Assembly (NCBI GenBank): GCA_964492495.1
Contig: CAZBKJ010000001.1
Location: forward strand, 2,251-66,250
Length of the DNA: 64,000 bases
DNA from: an uncultured Pseudomonadales bacterium
GTDB taxonomy: Bacteria; Patescibacteriota; Microgenomatia; UBA1400; UBA12028
Direction: 5' to 3'
Shown here: positions 56,701 through 64,000 of the stretch, piece after piece
Numbering within the stretch: position 1 is the stretch's first letter
How the letters are laid out: every line of letters begins with the position of its first letter
The notes under the pieces: generated by a model
Database searches by the model: none
The model's input: the letters and a program-made list of their open reading frames with translations, nothing else
What the model was told of the DNA's origin: nothing
Program-made: the position numbers and the translations under genes

Positions 56701-58544
56701 TTTTCTTTTTGGCTTTGCTTGCGAACCTCTCTTCTATTGGGTTCTTTAGTCTTGATAACATTTTTGTGGCTCACTATCTGACTGCACAAGAAACTGGACA
56801 GTATGGAATTCTGGGACTACTTGGCAAAATGATCTTCTTCTCCGGAAGTCTGATTACCGGCTTTATCCTTCCGATTACGGCTTTTCGTGAAGGAAAAGGG
56901 TTGTCATCAGATGCTGTGTTCAAGAAACTGCTTCTTGTTACTGTCGCAATTTCAACCCTCGCCTTCTTGGCTATCGGGGTAGGAATTCCCCTCATTGCAC
57001 CATACATGTTTGGGGCGAAGATCAATGCAATCAGGCCGTTCCTGACACTCTATAGTGCAAGTATTCTCCTCTATACAGTTTCTCAGGCAATTGTTCAGTT
57101 TCATCTAGCAAAGAAGAACTATGTGTTTGCTGTGGCTTCATTTGCGGTCACCTTGATTCAAGGGCTTTTACTCGCGCTGTTTCATCGAACTTTGGGTGAA
57201 GTGGTCATCGCCATGTTTGCCACAAGTGTGGTGAATATCGGGGTTTTATTGATTCTTCATGTGTTTTTAGAGCGGGTCACGATCGTACTTTCAAACATCA
57301 GAGATTTCTTTGATCTGCTTTTTGGAAAACTGCGACAGTCTTCTCGTTCGTTTGAAAAGAAAGATACCTATAGAGTTCTCATCTTTAACTGGAGAGATAC
57401 AAAACATAAATGGGCAGGTGGAGCAGAGATGTATGTTCATGAAATGGCCAAGAATCTTGTCAAAAAAGGACACAAGGTTACGGTCTTTTGTGGAAACGAT
57501 GGGAAGTCAGTTCGAAATGAAGTTGTTGATGGAGTACAGGTGATTCGTCGCGGTGGATTTTATACGGTCTATTTCTGGGCGTTTTTATACTATACTCTTC
57601 GACTTCGAAACTATGTTGATATTGTTATCGATAGTGAAAATGGAATCCCATTTTTAACTCCATTCTATGTGCGAAAACCAATCTATTTACTGATTCATCA
57701 TGTGCATCAGGAAATATTTCGAACGCAACTGCGATTCCCTTTATCTGAAATTGCATTGTTTATCGAAGGTGACCTGATGCCATTCTCGTACAAGAGACAT
57801 TCAGTTATTACGGTTTCAGAGTCCTCAAAAGAAGAAATCATTGATCTGGGTCTTGGAAGTGCAAAGACTATCAAAGTCATCAACCCTGGAATCGATCATA
57901 GTTTGTTTGGTCGTCAAAAGAAAACAGCCTATCCATCTTTAGTATATGTTGGTAGGCTGAAACCATATAAGAATATTGACACTGCATTGTATGCGTTTGC
58001 GACTGTTTTGGAAAAGTTCCCGCAGGCAAAGTTCTCTATCGCTGGACTCGGAGAAAGCCTACGTTCCTTGAAAGAACTAGCAAAGAAATTAGAGATTGAA
58101 CATGCGGTGACATTCTTGCAAAAAATTGATGACAAAGAAAAAGCACGTTTATTTGCTCGAAGCTGGGTGGCAGTCCAGCCATCAATGATTGAAGGCTGGG
58201 GAATCACAGTCATTGAATCAAACGCATCTGGAACACCTGTCGTTGCTTCCAATGTCAAAGGACTCAAAGATTCCATCAAAGACAAAGAAACGGGAGTATT
58301 GGTAGAGGTTGCTAATACAAAAGCGTTCGCTACTGCCATCGTTGATCTCTTTTCAAATGAAAAGAAACGAAACCAGATGAGTGAATCCGCATTGAACTGG
58401 TCGCAAAAATTTACCTGGGAAATAAGCACAAAAGCGTTTGTAACGGAGTTTAATTCTGGAATGCATGTGGAAGCACAATCACGAAAGAAACTTTCGTTTG
58501 ATCGTATGCCTGTGACGGCAAAAATGTATGAAAAAAGTCGATAA
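53727..58544 (+). CDS. 1605-aa multidomain glycosyltransferase fusion: GT2 (DPM1-like), TM, processive GT2 (QxxRW), ~430-aa polytopic domain (flippase/polymerase-like), GT4
   Basis: Uninterrupted ORF in the track. GT2-1: IIIPVFNEE...VVDDRSTD...DADLQYP. GT2-2: VYSILCPLYKE...FDAEDNPDP...QRSRWIKG. Polytopic block of more than 12 hydrophobic helices spans residues ~760-1190. GT4: YRVLIFNWRDTKHKWAGGAEMY... and EGWGITVIESNASGTPVVAS...ETGVLVE (EX7E). Confidence 0.8.
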   Translation: MANLDIIIPVFNEEATIGPLISRIDKILRKEHIPYHIIVVDDRSTDRSLERVKKASQSFPITVLKKKGQQGKAFSILEGIKASTSDYICMIDADLQYPPEAIPALFDLAQISGVAVARRITYGGSVVRRIGSRILAFVLGKLLHGIHCDMQSGLKVFKKEITEFINVDEITPWAFDLPLLHAAKQMGYDIAEVPIDFTERENGDSKLTLLGPTVQIAKGALRLKFTTIHPRVILPDTKESMKGAGFVHKGKRFITHSTLHHSKSALLVITPSQKTVFFIILALFCFGAVFATLFTFKIAVAILSFVYFIDVLFNFFLILRSLQSPPEISSDKNEILALKDKDLPVYSILCPLYKEAHVIPQFVESISNLDWPKSKLEVMLLLEEDDTESIEAVKDMNLPSYIRSVVVPNSQPKTKPKACNYGLSHAKGEYLVIFDAEDNPDPLQLKKAYLGFQKVGPNIRCLQAKLNYYNPTQNVLTRMFTAEYSLWFDVILTGLQSIQTTIPLGGTSNHFRTKDLLELEGWDPFNVTEDCDLGIRLFKHGYKTAIIDSTTLEEANSNVLNWIRQRSRWIKGYMQTYLLHMRDPLDFFSTQGIHALLFQLTVGGKIAFILINPILWVLTILYFTLNAVVGPTIEALYPSIVFYMAVTSLVFGNFMFIYYYMLGAAKREQWWLMKWIYLVPIYWLMVSVAACMALYQLIVKPHYWEKTIHGLHLKKKLENEAKETAKVVTASILAEVETKKPPVQPSESTAYTKKRIQSFGVFSNLLKYRRSFTGIFSKIIKGEYRGGALLVAATMAANVLNMGTNFYMGHALRLTDFALFNTYLSLLNIISIFSSSLGTTVNQRSAHLLGKIGHTRAVNFWRHIKNRVFFVSLILTGLWVICIPMTSSFLSIDSNIPLLLFTPILLLLGINAVNQGYLRGALAFELVAVVTILQPLTRLLSTIIFGELTYGEYAYLSIPTGVVVAALVSHFFARKGESVEIAHKDLKLPKTFFFLALLANLSSIGFFSLDNIFVAHYLTAQETGQYGILGLLGKMIFFSGSLITGFILPITAFREGKGLSSDAVFKKLLLVTVAISTLAFLAIGVGIPLIAPYMFGAKINAIRPFLTLYSASILLYTVSQAIVQFHLAKKNYVFAVASFAVTLIQGLLLALFHRTLGEVVIAMFATSVVNIGVLLILHVFLERVTIVLSNIRDFFDLLFGKLRQSSRSFEKKDTYRVLIFNWRDTKHKWAGGAEMYVHEMAKNLVKKGHKVTVFCGNDGKSVRNEVVDGVQVIRRGGFYTVYFWAFLYYTLRLRNYVDIVIDSENGIPFLTPFYVRKPIYLLIHHVHQEIFRTQLRFPLSEIALFIEGDLMPFSYKRHSVITVSESSKEEIIDLGLGSAKTIKVINPGIDHSLFGRQKKTAYPSLVYVGRLKPYKNIDTALYAFATVLEKFPQAKFSIAGLGESLRSLKELAKKLEIEHAVTFLQKIDDKEKARLFARSWVAVQPSMIEGWGITVIESNASGTPVVASNVKGLKDSIKDKETGVLVEVANTKAFATAIVDLFSNEKKRNQMSESALNWSQKFTWEISTKAFVTEFNSGMHVEAQSRKKLSFDRMPVTAKMYEKSR

Positions 58545-59451
58545 CACAACTGTATTTCCAGCAAAAATACAACACTACACATTGTTTGAAGTTTTGTCAG
58601 ACATCAACGAAAAAAGTGCATATCATTTTGCGATCTACACAAACAGATCCGGAAAGAAGTTTTTTTGCAAGCTCTGGACTGGTGAAAAGAAGGATCAAGA
58701 TTTTACCTGGATAAGCAATGAAATCGGCGTGTACCAATTCTTTGATTCTACCTACAAAACGCATCAAAAAGAAATCAAAAAAAACTTTCCTGACATTAAA
58801 ATTCCAAAAATGTATGTTTCAAGCATAGAAGACTCACTAGCCTATTTCCTTACTGACTTTATTGAAGGTAAACCACTGGAAGGTTTGAGTGACGACAAGA
58901 AAGCTGTCGTTTTTCAACGAGTGATTCAGTATTTTCATTTCATGAGCTCACTGGCAGTTTCACAGCAAAAAACATTACGAGTTTTTGGAGCCACACGGTT
59001 GTTCTTACTTTTTCACTACTACATCATAAAAGTAGCTTTGAGTTCAAAAATTCATTACAAAAGTTTGCTTCAGATTCTTTGGAAGTTTTATGTCGGGTTT
59101 TTTGAGCTTATACGAACAAATCATTTGTCGTTTGTACATAGAGATCTGGGATTTGCTGATAACATTATTTTGCAAGGCAAAACGATTGCTATTATCGACT
59201 TTCAACTTTCAGTGCTTTCCAATCCACTCATGGAGATTGCAAATATCACAATCGCTTTGTGGAATGAAAAGAAACTTCGTACCAAGTTCTTAAACTCTCG
59301 ATATGTAAGTAGTTTACTTGATGATGAAGGAAAGAAAAAACAAATGAATGCCTTCTTAGCTCATGCATTTTTAGTATCAACCGCACTGCAGTTAAATCTC
59401 AAGAAGTTTAATGGAACGTATATGATCAAACGATTTTCACCAATCGTGTAG
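58528..59451 (+). CDS. protein-kinase-like fold phosphotransferase (APH/choline-kinase family)
   Basis: SFVHRDLGFADNIIL (HxD...N catalytic loop) and IAIIDFQ (DFG-equivalent). Confidence 0.5.
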   Translation: MKKVDNTTVFPAKIQHYTLFEVLSDINEKSAYHFAIYTNRSGKKFFCKLWTGEKKDQDFTWISNEIGVYQFFDSTYKTHQKEIKKNFPDIKIPKMYVSSIEDSLAYFLTDFIEGKPLEGLSDDKKAVVFQRVIQYFHFMSSLAVSQQKTLRVFGATRLFLLFHYYIIKVALSSKIHYKSLLQILWKFYVGFFELIRTNHLSFVHRDLGFADNIILQGKTIAIIDFQLSVLSNPLMEIANITIALWNEKKLRTKFLNSRYVSSLLDDEGKKKQMNAFLAHAFLVSTALQLNLKKFNGTYMIKRFSPIV

Positions 59452-59463
59452 AACACTCTTCTT

Positions 59464-60384
59464 ATGAAAAAACCTTCAGTGTCTATCGCGATTCCAGCAT
59501 ATAACGAAGAAACGATGATTGAGTCGGTTCTTCTGTCGCTTGTGGCGCAAAAAGCGAAAAAAATATCACTGACTGATATTACGATCTATTCAGACAATAG
59601 CACCGATAAAACCCATGCAATTGTTCGAAGTCTTGCAAAGAAATACACGCTTATCAAACTCAAAGCAAGTACACAGAGAATTGGGAAATACTACCGAATG
59701 GGTCAGATGTTTGCACACTGCACCAGTGATGCTCTTGTGGTTTTGGATGCGGATATTGCGATTGTTCAAGATAATTTTTTGGAAAAGCTAGTCGAGGTTC
59801 TGGTAAAAGATCCCAAAGCCACAATGGTCGCTGCTCATCAGAAGTTGATTCGACCAAAAGATGTGATGGGGAAGATACTGCACACCCATTTTGTTCTCTG
59901 GGATTTTGTACGATGGAGTGTTCTTGACTTCCAAAACGCCAATAATTTTTATGGCTCAGCTACCGCATTTCGTGGTTCATTTGCTCGAAGTATCAAGATA
60001 CCAAAAAACCTCACTGATCCACATCTCTACTTGTACTTACTTGCAGACAAAGTAAAAGGGTTTCGCTATACAATGAACGCTGTTATTTTACAACAATCGA
60101 TCAGTACCTGGAGTGATTTCGAAAAGTTCTTGGACAGACCATTGGGCAAAAAAGATGAGGAGCTAGAAAAAATTACTGGTGTTGATTCAGAGACAGTTCA
60201 CCTTATACCTTGGAAATATAAAATCAAGGGAATACTTCGCTGTTTCTTGTGGCAACCGATCTATACTTTTCCGGCTCTTGCCCTCGTGGTGTATATGAAA
60301 ATACGTCCCGCGAAGAAAACCTACACATCTTCGCTCTGGAAGATTGTGAAGTCTACCAAAAAACCCATTTCCCATGAAAACTAA
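59464..60384 (+). CDS. glycosyltransferase family 2
   Basis: VSIAIPAYNEE...IYSDNSTD...LDADIAIV (the DxD region). Confidence 0.8.
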   Translation: MKKPSVSIAIPAYNEETMIESVLLSLVAQKAKKISLTDITIYSDNSTDKTHAIVRSLAKKYTLIKLKASTQRIGKYYRMGQMFAHCTSDALVVLDADIAIVQDNFLEKLVEVLVKDPKATMVAAHQKLIRPKDVMGKILHTHFVLWDFVRWSVLDFQNANNFYGSATAFRGSFARSIKIPKNLTDPHLYLYLLADKVKGFRYTMNAVILQQSISTWSDFEKFLDRPLGKKDEELEKITGVDSETVHLIPWKYKIKGILRCFLWQPIYTFPALALVVYMKIRPAKKTYTSSLWKIVKSTKKPISHEN

Positions 60385-61483
60385 CAAGCGCCTGCGTGTC
60401 GTATTCTCTAGTTACGATGATGTTACCAACCCCTATTATGCAGGTGGTGGTGCTCGTGCAATTCATGAAGTTGCAAAAAACATGCGACAAGATTTTGATA
60501 TTCGTGTAATTAGTTGGAATCATAGTGGGAAATCACATGAAAAAATTGACGGAGTTACCTATAGACGAATTGGCTTTTCCTTCATCCCGCCAAGAGTTGG
60601 GATGTTTTTGTTTCAGCTGTTGTTACCGCTGTTTTGTCTAACCCAATCATTTGATGTGTGGATTGAGAGCTTTGGACCTCCATTTACCACGTCATTCTTA
60701 CCTTGGTTTACGCGTAAACCTGTGGTTGGTGTAGTTCATATGCTTGCGTCTGCTGAAATTAAAAGAAAATATGGAATCGATCTTTCTTCACTCGAAAATC
60801 TTGGAATTTCCCAATACTCAAAAATCATAGCGACTCAGCCAGCCATGCAAAAAGAAATTATGAGAATCAATCCTCAAGTTGTCTGCAGTGTGATTGAAAA
60901 TGGAGTAAACCTGCCAACTATTTCAAGAAAAGAGAAGAACACAATTCTTTTCCTGGGGCGAATAGAAATGAATCAAAAAGGCATTGACTTGCTTTTGAAG
61001 ATATTCTCACTCTTACCTGTGAAGTTTCAACAGCGATACACATTAGCTATTGCGGGTAGTGGCTTGAAAAAAGAAGAAGAGAAACTCAAAAAAGCGATTG
61101 CCGCTGTAAACAAACATGGCTCGATACAGTTTTTAGGAAGGGTAGAAGGAACGAAAAAAGAAACATTGCTTGCAGAGTCTTTATGTATGATGATTACATC
61201 CAGGTTTGAAACCTACTCGATGGTGGCACTTGAAGCCTTGATTTCTGGATTACCAGTCCTGTGTTTTGATATCCCAGGTTTACAGTGGATGCCAGAAAAT
61301 GGAGTGAAAAAAATACCAAGCTTTGATACCAAGAAGTTCTCATCCTCACTTCGACTTCTGCTTGAAGATACGCAGTCACGAAAACGGATGAGTACAGCTG
61401 GAAGAGCATACGCAAAAACTCGTACTTGGGATCATGTCGCTGATGCCTATATCTCGTATATACACAAACAGTTCTCTGTATGA
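60374..61483 (+). CDS. glycosyltransferase family 4
   Basis: GT-B C-terminal lobe with E..7..E (ETYSMVALEALISGLPVLCFD). Confidence 0.8.
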   Translation: MKTNKRLRVVFSSYDDVTNPYYAGGGARAIHEVAKNMRQDFDIRVISWNHSGKSHEKIDGVTYRRIGFSFIPPRVGMFLFQLLLPLFCLTQSFDVWIESFGPPFTTSFLPWFTRKPVVGVVHMLASAEIKRKYGIDLSSLENLGISQYSKIIATQPAMQKEIMRINPQVVCSVIENGVNLPTISRKEKNTILFLGRIEMNQKGIDLLLKIFSLLPVKFQQRYTLAIAGSGLKKEEEKLKKAIAAVNKHGSIQFLGRVEGTKKETLLAESLCMMITSRFETYSMVALEALISGLPVLCFDIPGLQWMPENGVKKIPSFDTKKFSSSLRLLLEDTQSRKRMSTAGRAYAKTRTWDHVADAYISYIHKQFSV

Positions 61484-62241
61484 TTTCCAATTCACTTGTC
61501 ACTAAAATCATTGAAAGCAAAAAAGAATGTGTGTTTATTTCACCACATTTTGATGATGTCATCCTTTCATGCGGTGAGCTTTTGCGACAGCTATCAGGCA
61601 AAGTGACGATCACTGTCGTAAACGTCTTTACCAAAGCACATTCAGGTCCGTACACAATCTCGGCAAAGAAGTTTTTGAAAGATTCAGGACACACAATGGA
61701 TGCTGTGAAACTGTATAAGAAGCGTCTTTTGGAAGATACAGATGCTTTTGCTGAGTTTGATGTCAAGGTAGTGAATCTTGGGCTGACGGATGCTCTTTTT
61801 CGAAAAAAGAAAAATCCATCTATATTCGGAAAAGTGCTTGCTGAGTTTGATCATGTCTACCCTACATACCGATGGCATATGACAGCACTATCATCCAAAG
61901 ATGAGGCACTGACAACCTTAGAAAGCAAATTGCATGCGTACACTGGAGAAGACACCCTAGTGTTTTCTCCTATTGGGATTGGCAGTCATGTCGACCATCT
62001 TGTTGTGAAAAAAGTATGCGAAAAGTTGTTCCCGCATATCGTTTTTTATGAAGATTTTCCATACAACGTGCGAATTGGTCAAACAAAACAGCAAACGTCA
62101 CTCAAAGAACGATTTGAAGTCGTTCCCACAATGGAGCAGAAAACCAAAGATATTCAAAAATACGCTTCACAATATGTTGGCCTTTTTGAAGGAAAAAGCG
62201 TACCTCTACACACTGAAGTGTATTTTTCAAAAGCACTATGA
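61480..62241 (+). CDS. PIG-L/LmbE family N-acetylglucosaminyl deacetylase
   Basis: ISPHFDDVILSCGE and GIGSHVDHLVV (the metal-binding HxDD/HxxH motifs of PF02585). Confidence 0.75.
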   Translation: MISNSLVTKIIESKKECVFISPHFDDVILSCGELLRQLSGKVTITVVNVFTKAHSGPYTISAKKFLKDSGHTMDAVKLYKKRLLEDTDAFAEFDVKVVNLGLTDALFRKKKNPSIFGKVLAEFDHVYPTYRWHMTALSSKDEALTTLESKLHAYTGEDTLVFSPIGIGSHVDHLVVKKVCEKLFPHIVFYEDFPYNVRIGQTKQQTSLKERFEVVPTMEQKTKDIQKYASQYVGLFEGKSVPLHTEVYFSKAL

Positions 62242-63302
62242 TCACAACAAAAAAATTTACCACACTCGATGAATCATTTCTCTCCGAATGGTTAGAACTC
62301 TGGAAGAATTCGTCAGAGAAAAATTTTGTGAACTCACCTGCGTGGATCGCTGCGATCAAAGAAGCATTTGGATTTACAGAGAATGTGTTTATAGGGGTGT
62401 ATAAAAACTCAGAACTGGTAGGGGCTGCTGGCTTTGTAAAAGAGAAAAGATTTGGACTTTCGTGCTACACCGTTCCTCCTGGTGATTTCGTCTCAGGCGT
62501 ACCACTACTTCTAGACTCGAGCGACTTTGCTGTGGTACGTGCATTTGTAAGGGAGTTTGTACAACTTGGCACTGTATTTTTTGACAATGTTCCAGAATCC
62601 TTTGTATCCGTACTTCAAAAAGAGACAACAAAGATTCTGGCTGTGCCTTTTAGTATCAATTTGTTCCTTCGATTTGAAGCTGATGAGAAGGGAAAAGTAA
62701 TCATCACCAAACGAAAAAGGCTTCTTCGGGAGTCAAAGCCAATCGAAGATAAAATTCGGTTTGAGTCCTTTGAAGGAAACAATGAAGAGCTTTTGCAAAT
62801 TGCTTTCGACATTGATCGTAAAAGCACAAAACACAGTAAAGGCTACGATGCATTTGCTGATAAAACTATCCAGAAATTTTATCGCTCTCTTGCGAGCTAT
62901 TTTGGTTCGTACCTGCGACTAAACTTCTTGTATATCGATAGCGTACCGGTAGTCTATGAGATGGGATTTTTGATTGGGGATACGTACTACGGTAGTCAAA
63001 TTGCATTTGATGAAAAATACAGAGAGTTCTCACCGGGTAAAGCATTTGAAGTGAAGCTCATTGAATGGCTCTTTGCAAATGAAGTGAAAAAGATTGATTA
63101 CGGTTCAGGAGATAACTTTATTAAACGCACACTGTGTACTGAGCACAACCAACTGTATAAAGTCGTTGTATCTGCAAACATTTTTGTGAGGCTGTATATA
63201 GGTTTGTTATATTTTTCTAAAGATCGTGTCTTTACATTTCTGACAAATAATCCACGACTGTACTCACTGTATCGTTCTATCCGAAAAAGCATTGGACTAT
63301 GA
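62238..63302 (+). CDS. FemAB-like/BioF2-like GNAT acyltransferase (Acetyltransf_6 / CelD-like)
   Basis: 354 aa; WLELWKNSSEKNFVNSPAWIAA...; C-terminal GNAT core (KIDYGSGDNFIKR). Confidence 0.5.
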   Translation: MITTKKFTTLDESFLSEWLELWKNSSEKNFVNSPAWIAAIKEAFGFTENVFIGVYKNSELVGAAGFVKEKRFGLSCYTVPPGDFVSGVPLLLDSSDFAVVRAFVREFVQLGTVFFDNVPESFVSVLQKETTKILAVPFSINLFLRFEADEKGKVIITKRKRLLRESKPIEDKIRFESFEGNNEELLQIAFDIDRKSTKHSKGYDAFADKTIQKFYRSLASYFGSYLRLNFLYIDSVPVVYEMGFLIGDTYYGSQIAFDEKYREFSPGKAFEVKLIEWLFANEVKKIDYGSGDNFIKRTLCTEHNQLYKVVVSANIFVRLYIGLLYFSKDRVFTFLTNNPRLYSLYRSIRKSIGL

Positions 63303-64000
63303 ACAGATACACCATACAAATATTCCAGCAGGTTGACGATCAATTGAAAAAATCTTGGAGAGAATTGTGGGAAACAAGTAGTAACGGAAATGTCTTTAAT
63401 TCGTACGAGTGGTTTGAGATGAGTCTTCAATCACTTTCGTTTACTCGCTATGAAATTGTCGCCTGTTTTGAAGGAAAGAAGCTCGTAGCAGTATTCCCGC
63501 TCACACCATCCAAATGCTTTGGAATACCAGTATGGGTACCAGTCGGACATGAGTTTATTGTCGATACAACACTGCTACTTCAAGATTATTCAAAAGAGTT
63601 GGTTTCTTTCTTTTTTTCTCAGGTTTTGAGAAATAGGAATGTGTACATAACAACGCTCGATGAACGGATCGTGTCGCTTCTTTCGGAGATCGATTCAAAG
63701 CTCTTTTTCTCGCTTATTTCTGTGAATCCATACATTGATTTTGGTAAAGATCCACTTCGATATGTCTCAGGTTCAAATAAAAAAACGATGCGTAAAGTTA
63801 TCAAAAATATGGGGTCTGACCTCGAGTTTGTCGAGTGTGTCACTCAAGAAGAGAAGGAAGAAGGATTTGCCAAAATGGTTGAAATTGAGCAAAAGAGCAG
63901 TAAAAAACAGCAGTCTAAGGATATCTTCGCCAAAGCTGAAAATGTCAATTTTTACTCGAATATAGTAAAATACAGTGGTAGGTTCGTGAGAATCTTTTTT
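63299..64000 (+). CDS. second FemAB-like/BioF2-like GNAT acyltransferase (paralog), truncated by the window end
   Basis: Hand-translated MNRYTIQIFQQVDDQLKKSWRELWETSSNGNVFNSYEWFEM... parallels the N-terminus of the preceding gene. ATGA start/stop overlap; not in the ORF track because no stop falls in the window. Confidence 0.5.
   Translation, partial: MNRYTIQIFQQVDDQLKKSWRELWETSSNGNVFNSYEWFEMSLQSLSFTRYEIVACFEGKKLVAVFPLTPSKCFGIPVWVPVGHEFIVDTTLLLQDYSKELVSFFFSQVLRNRNVYITTLDERIVSLLSEIDSKLFFSLISVNPYIDFGKDPLRYVSGSNKKTMRKVIKNMGSDLEFVECVTQEEKEEGFAKMVEIEQKSSKKQQSKDIFAKAENVNFYSNIVKYSGRFVRIFF

Noticed and set aside
1-64000. Alternative genetic code (UGA recoded, as in some CPR lineages)
   Set aside because: Many long ORFs (up to 1605 aa) are intact under the standard code, and several genes end in TGA (e.g. 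the uORF at 14930 and the gene ending 63302), consistent with code 11. Only RF1 is seen here, but the absence of RF2 from one window is uninformative.

Overview
This 64-kb window is a low-GC bacterial chromosomal segment that is densely coded on both strands. By inference from gene content (FemAB, sortase, many GT-C membrane proteins, reduced housekeeping set, frequent leaderless starts) it may be a CPR/Patescibacteria-like genome, but this is not proven. Long intact ORFs and TAA/TGA stops indicate the standard code 11.

Recognisable housekeeping genes:
- recR, hpf, cysS, ychF, a divergent nadE/nadD pair, and rpsF-ssb-rpsR
- greA, prfA (RF1, PAT motif), rpmE, tpiA, pcrA/uvrD, pyrH, lon, a dinB-like Y-family polymerase, and tRNA-Glu(CUC)
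- proteases and cell-wall genes: ctpA (S41), htrA, a MurNAc-L-Ala amidase, an M15 VanY-like peptidase, and FemAB

Most interesting regions:
1. A glycan-biosynthesis locus at 52.9-64 kb. It has a sortase, then a 1605-aa single ORF fusing a GT2, a processive GT2 (QRSRW), a ~430-aa polytopic domain and a C-terminal GT4. Downstream are an APH/choline-kinase-like kinase, a GT2, a GT4, an LmbE/PIG-L deacetylase and two FemAB-like acyltransferases.
2. A second envelope glycosylation cluster at 25-31 kb: a PMT/GT39-like protein, two tandem paralogous 550-aa polytopic proteins, and a PIG-V-like mannosyltransferase.
3. tRNA-Glu with a direct repeat of its 3' end 125 bp away, two tandem small GIY-YIG nuclease genes (one overlapping the tRNA 5' end), a hairpin array, and an adjacent AT-rich block of unknown proteins (48.5-51.7 kb).
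4. A dispersed intergenic repeat family with GA-rich degenerate mini-repeats and a conserved hairpin core. Its two copies (22.6 kb and 39.2 kb) each begin at the stop codon of the upstream gene.
5. A 51-codon upstream ORF created by duplication of the ychF 5' end. The two copies differ only by synonymous changes, and the uORF overlaps the ychF start by ATGA.
6. A terminator/antiterminator-like attenuator in the cysS leader, and a recurring TACAATA -10 element placed 6-10 nt before start codons (leaderless genes).
7. An unreported edge-truncated PEP-synthase-like gene at 1-1524 (-).

No CRISPR array, rRNA or IS transposase was seen.
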